A stretch of DNA of 64,000 nucleotides from a virus, in IMG/VR virus record IMGVR_UViG_3300032770_000003, positions 1 to 64,000 of that record; one strand, 5' to 3'. Positions 59,823 through 64,000 of this stretch are shown here, one piece after another (within the stretch, counting starts at the first letter, position 1; each line of letters starts with the position of its first letter). Both the position numbers and the translations under genes were made by a program. Under the pieces are notes generated by a model. It had not been told where the DNA came from and searched no databases. It was given only the letters and a program-made list of their open reading frames with translations.

Positions 59823-62213
59823 CTATCTCCACACAGGGACAAATGACGGCGTACCGTCGATGTTGATAAGCGACCAACCAGCTTGCGCTGCTGAGGCAGG
59901 TCCAGACGCTCCGATCGTGCCAAAGGTTGGCGTACTGCCACCACCGTTGGCTACCAAACCGTCATAGCGGAAGACACCATTATCAATCCACAAGGAGTAG
60001 GGTGCAGTAATGGTGCATGGGCCTGCACCAACACCCGAAGGTGGACCGGCGATGTACACAGTCGCCGCAAGGTCTACTGTCAATGCGCTCGCCGCTGAGT
60101 AGCTTGGAGCACGAAACGAAACCATGTTCACGCCGGTCGCGGTCGTGATGTGTGTGCTCCCAGAGAGCGTCAGTGTGGCGGCAATGACGTCGATCCCATT
60201 CCATACGGCGCTGCTGGACGACGCCACAGTCGCGGACGTGTTGAACTGAACGTTACCACCAGAGGCGACGGCCAGCGCGATTCCAGTCGAGGTTAGTTGG
60301 ATGGTGGTTGAGCTGAACGCTAGTCCGATGAGGCTGTCCTGGACCGCGATGGCAGCAACGCCGCCGTAGCCCGATGTCGCCGGACTCCAGAGGTTGATTG
60401 AACCGGAAGACGGCTTGATGTAGATGGCCGTGTTGCTCCACAACGCAGTCCCGCCTGCCAGAGCACCGGCTGCCCAATCGTTAGAACTGACTACGTACCC
60501 AACACCGCCCCTAGCTGTACCGCTTGAGTCACGCAACACCATGCCGGTTCGAGCCGTACCCGAGACCTGCAACTCGATGCCACTTCCCGCCTTAGCGTTA
60601 GTGACGAAAATGGGACTGACGGTGGATGAGACTCCTTGAACCCATAGAGCATAGGGGTTGGTGAGCGATGCAGAACCGGAGACGGTTGGTCCTCCGATTA
60701 TCGCCATGGTTGCTGCATAGTCTACAGTCACGGAACTGGAATCCGTGATTGTCGGTGCTCGCACCGTAACCATATTGAGACCGGTTGCTGTCGTAATGTG
60801 TGTGGTACCGGTCAAAGTCAACGTAGCGCCTAAGATATCGATACCGTCCCATGTAGCGCTCGTGGCACTAGCGACCGTGCGCGAGGCATCCGCACGCAAA
60901 AGCGTCGTCGCCACAGTGGAGACGTTGTTCCCGATCAGGACGTTCGGCGCTGATGTCGAACCTTGTGACTGGACACGAAACACGCTCGTCCCGCCGACCT
61001 GCATATCGAGCAGGTTGTGAACCGCGCCGGCCGTGAGAGCCGTTTCTGTGCCGTTGACGAAGAGGCCCGTGATCGTGCCATTGGCACCACCACTCTGGTT
61101 GATCGTATAGGTCGCGCTGATGTCCCGAAACGCGCCGCTGCCACTCGTGGGAGCAAACGTCGGCGCCAGCGAGATAGCCCGGCCGGTAGTTCCGGTACCG
61201 TTGGACCACGTCCCATAGACGCGAACGCCATCAAGATTCGTGATCGTCGCAGGCCCGGCTCCGCCTCCAGCTGGCGGCCCAGCCACAGCCAGCGTCGACG
61301 ACGTAGTGACCGTTAGTGCCGATCCAGCCGAAAGTGTCGGCGGGTTGACCGTGACGTAGTTATACCCGTTGGCCGTCGAGATCGACGTCGAACCCGTGAT
61401 GACCACGGTCCGCGCCGGCACGGACAGGACGTCGAGCGTGGCCGAGGCGCCCGAGGCATAGGTGAGGTTTTCCGAGACGATCAGCGTCGGCGTGGCACCG
61501 AAATTGAAGACACCCTTCGTCGTGTTCGTCGTCGTATTGAACGTGCCATTGGCACCGCTTGCAATGTCGAAGGTCAGGCCGGCGTTGGACGCGACACCGG
61601 TGACGAGGTCATTCGTGACGTTGTTTATCGCTCGCGTGACTCCGTTCGTGAATGTCAGCACAGGGGAATAGCTCGCTGTCGCGGCCGCAGTCACCCGACC
61701 CTGGGCGTCCAGGGTGATGCTGGCGATGCCAGAGCCGCCGATGAGGCCCGCCCCAGGTCCCACGGCCGGCATGGACACCGTCACGTTGCCGGTCAAGCTG
61801 CCGCCTCCAGATAGCCCGGTTCCGGCGATCACCTGTGTGGTCTGCGGAACGTATGCAGTGGCTAGGGCAACGACAGTATCGGGTGTGCTGTCAGAGACGT
61901 TGAAGTCGGCGCTGAACTTTAGGTTGCTGCGCTGGGCGAGTGTGGTCGTGTTACTCTTGATCGTCGTGTACGCTTGCGTGAGGTAGTCAGTCCCTGGACT
62001 GGCACCGACGAGCGTAGTTCCTGCGCGCTTGACGAGGTTCCCATCAGCGATGGAACCAAAGGTGATCTGTGTTGCGCCAAGGTGGAGCGCAAGAACAGTA
62101 GGATCAGGATAGGTCCCGCCTAAATCACCGCCAGCAGCTCCCGTAGGAGGTCCCCCACCGCCACCTCCGTCGGAGGTGCCATACATTGATTGGCTGTATT
62201 TTTGTGAAGGCAT
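59823..62213 (-). CDS. tail fibre/spike-like protein
   Basis: GAAGGDLGGTYPDPTV; AGTGLSGGG; ITLDAQGRVTAA; three imperfect ATLTL.G.THITTATG repeats. Confidence 0.7.
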   Translation of the reverse strand: MPSQKYSQSMYGTSDGGGGGGPPTGAAGGDLGGTYPDPTVLALHLGATQITFGSIADGNLVKRAGTTLVGASPGTDYLTQAYTTIKSNTTTLAQRSNLKFSADFNVSDSTPDTVVALATAYVPQTTQVIAGTGLSGGGSLTGNVTVSMPAVGPGAGLIGGSGIASITLDAQGRVTAAATASYSPVLTFTNGVTRAINNVTNDLVTGVASNAGLTFDIASGANGTFNTTTNTTKGVFNFGATPTLIVSENLTYASGASATLDVLSVPARTVVITGSTSISTANGYNYVTVNPPTLSAGSALTVTTSSTLAVAGPPAGGGAGPATITNLDGVRVYGTWSNGTGTTGRAISLAPTFAPTSGSGAFRDISATYTINQSGGANGTITGLFVNGTETALTAGAVHNLLDMQVGGTSVFRVQSQGSTSAPNVLIGNNVSTVATTLLRADASRTVASATSATWDGIDILGATLTLTGTTHITTATGLNMVTVRAPTITDSSSVTVDYAATMAIIGGPTVSGSASLTNPYALWVQGVSSTVSPIFVTNAKAGSGIELQVSGTARTGMVLRDSSGTARGGVGYVVSSNDWAAGALAGGTALWSNTAIYIKPSSGSINLWSPATSGYGGVAAIAVQDSLIGLAFSSTTIQLTSTGIALAVASGGNVQFNTSATVASSSSAVWNGIDVIAATLTLSGSTHITTATGVNMVSFRAPSYSAASALTVDLAATVYIAGPPSGVGAGPCTITAPYSLWIDNGVFRYDGLVANGGGSTPTFGTIGASGPASAAQAGWSLINIDGTPSFVPVWR

Positions 62214-62246
62214 TGCGTCCTAGTCAATAGTCAGTATTGACTGACT

Positions 62247-64000
62247 TCACGGGTTACCGTCAGCGGTCACGGGTAAGTTGTCGACAGAGCCAACGACCAA
62301 GCCGAGATTGCCTGACGCCTTGGCTGCGAACCCAAGACGACGCTTCTGATTGGTGGCCGCCACCGGCGGCACAGTGGTAGTGGCAGTACCTGCGGTCCCG
62401 ACTGAGACGTAAGCAAGCGCCTCAGTGGTTGGTGCACCGTCAAAGAGCACCCACGCGGCCTGCTGCGAGAGCGGCGCAAAATACCCTGGGGCGTTGTTCG
62501 AGACAGTAGTGAGGCACGCGTACAGAGGTCCGGATGCGTCTGCTTGGGTATCAGCTCGTGCAGTGACTACTTGCGTGGGTGTTGAAAGCCGAACCAACGC
62601 ACCCACAGGCAACGTACTACCGCTGATGTTGGTAAATATGAAACATGGCGTGGTTACAACGTCACTCACCTGATAAACACGGATGTTGTTCTGCCCAACG
62701 TCGACGACGTTACCGAGTGCTCGGTCACCATAAGCCGAAATCACGTTGCCCAACAGCTGCATATCGCCGCTAGGACCTGTCACGGTGCAGCCATTGAGAA
62801 TAACGGTACTGTCCTGCAGACCTATCAGATTCAATCCGACTCCTGAGCTAACAGTGCCGGCGAGTGCAGTCAGATAAAGGACTGATTTGACACCTGCTGC
62901 AGGACTGGTGGCATCGAGACCGCTGGCGCCTTCGAAATGAATATTGCCGAGTTGGATAGCCGGGACACCGAATAGCTTGATCCCGCTGATTGCCCGCGTT
63001 TGTGGACCGCTTCGCGAACCAATAATCAAGGGGGGATTGATGCCCGGTGTACCGATGTTGAAAACCGATAGAATCGATCCGAGATAGGAACCTTGCCCAA
63101 AGATGCCGTTTTGCAGATTGGTGGAGTCAGAATATTGAATGTCACGCAACCGCAACGTGAAAGGGCCACCGACTGCTGTGTTGGGCCACGCGAAGGCATT
63201 AGCGGTGAAAGAGAACAAACGCACAAACTGGAAACCGCCGTGGACTGCTGCACCGAGTCCAACGGTACGCATGACACCAGTTTCGTCAATGTAGTTTGGC
63301 TGGACGTCGATGCTGAATGCGTCTTGTACAGTAAAATGGTAGTCGTCGTTGGTGGCCAGAGTTGCTACGCCGCAGATGGTGAGCGAGCCGCCCGAAAAAA
63401 GCAGCGCACCACCAGTGGTGTCGTTAACGGCTATGCCGACAGTCGCCCGCAGCGGTACGTTGCCAGTGGGGTTCTGAAGTGGAGCCCCAGTACCGGGGCT
63501 GGCATCGGTCCAGCGCGCAACGGTGACACCGGGGCCCTCGATCCAAAAATCGTCACCGAGGACTGGAGCGTTAGTAATTGCCGCACCGAAGGTGACCTGG
63601 GAAGTGGTGTGGGCTTGTATATTGATGACGACGTTGGCAAGCGCACTGGTAACGTTGCCTTTGAAACGAACCCGATAGGGGATAGCAGCAGGTTCAGTAC
63701 CAAAGGTACCTGACGAAATGGACACCGCGTTAACAGTGCCGCTGCTAGCAGTGAATGAACCATCACCATTCGGGCCAGTGACTTTGGTCTGAAATCCGCA
63801 CAACACACGGTCGGTTGCTGAATTTGTCAGATCGGTCGAGCCCCGGCGCACGAACCGCCGATAGCCACGCACGCCCGTGAAATCGAAAACAGATGCTGTT
63901 ATGCCGTCCGCATCGAGATAGACGGCACCAGCTGCGCGTGGCTTAATCAGCAACACACAGTCACGGTCGTTGCCCAGAGCCGGAAGGATCTGCATCAGAC
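62247..64000 (-). CDS. tail/virion protein (5' end probably outside the window)
   Basis: Gly/Thr/Ser-rich beta-strand composition; ORF runs to the window edge. Confidence 0.55.
   Translation of the reverse strand, partial: LMQILPALGNDRDCVLLIKPRAAGAVYLDADGITASVFDFTGVRGYRRFVRRGSTDLTNSATDRVLCGFQTKVTGPNGDGSFTASSGTVNAVSISSGTFGTEPAAIPYRVRFKGNVTSALANVVINIQAHTTSQVTFGAAITNAPVLGDDFWIEGPGVTVARWTDASPGTGAPLQNPTGNVPLRATVGIAVNDTTGGALLFSGGSLTICGVATLATNDDYHFTVQDAFSIDVQPNYIDETGVMRTVGLGAAVHGGFQFVRLFSFTANAFAWPNTAVGGPFTLRLRDIQYSDSTNLQNGIFGQGSYLGSILSVFNIGTPGINPPLIIGSRSGPQTRAISGIKLFGVPAIQLGNIHFEGASGLDATSPAAGVKSVLYLTALAGTVSSGVGLNLIGLQDSTVILNGCTVTGPSGDMQLLGNVISAYGDRALGNVVDVGQNNIRVYQVSDVVTTPCFIFTNISGSTLPVGALVRLSTPTQVVTARADTQADASGPLYACLTTVSNNAPGYFAPLSQQAAWVLFDGAPTTEALAYVSVGTAGTATTTVPPVAATNQKRRLGFAAKASGNLGLVVGSVDNLPVTADGNP

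Overview
A 64-kb segment of a large, GC-rich dsDNA phage or phage-like element, with almost every gene on the minus strand. The host is possibly myxobacterial (inference from GC content and lipoprotein style). Reading in transcription order (high to low coordinates), the window holds: (1) tail/virion genes; (2) a replication-recombination block (putative initiator, class II RNR with intein, DnaB, PolA with intein, UvsY-like, SSB, RecA, SbcD/SbcC, RuvC, NYN, RNase H); (3) terminase and endolysin; (4) a ~10-kb RNA island with 40 tRNAs covering all 20 amino acids, 6 nested endonuclease genes and 6-7 Y-RNA-like elements; (5) Ro60/TROVE, a Pth2-like gene with two anticodon-less tRNA mimics, and a PurA-paralogue/vWA/pseudokinase module; (6) small genes each preceded by a conserved ~22-bp motif. 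The best candidate for an undescribed system is a translation-stress response island. A sigma70 promoter drives a 50-codon leader containing all 20 amino acids. The leader's last codons form a 14-bp antiterminator competing with an intrinsic terminator placed in front of the whole tRNA/Y-RNA array. The Y RNAs share a Ro60-binding bulged helix but carry different, partly circularly permuted tRNA-like domains. All calls were made by eye; no database search or folding program was run.
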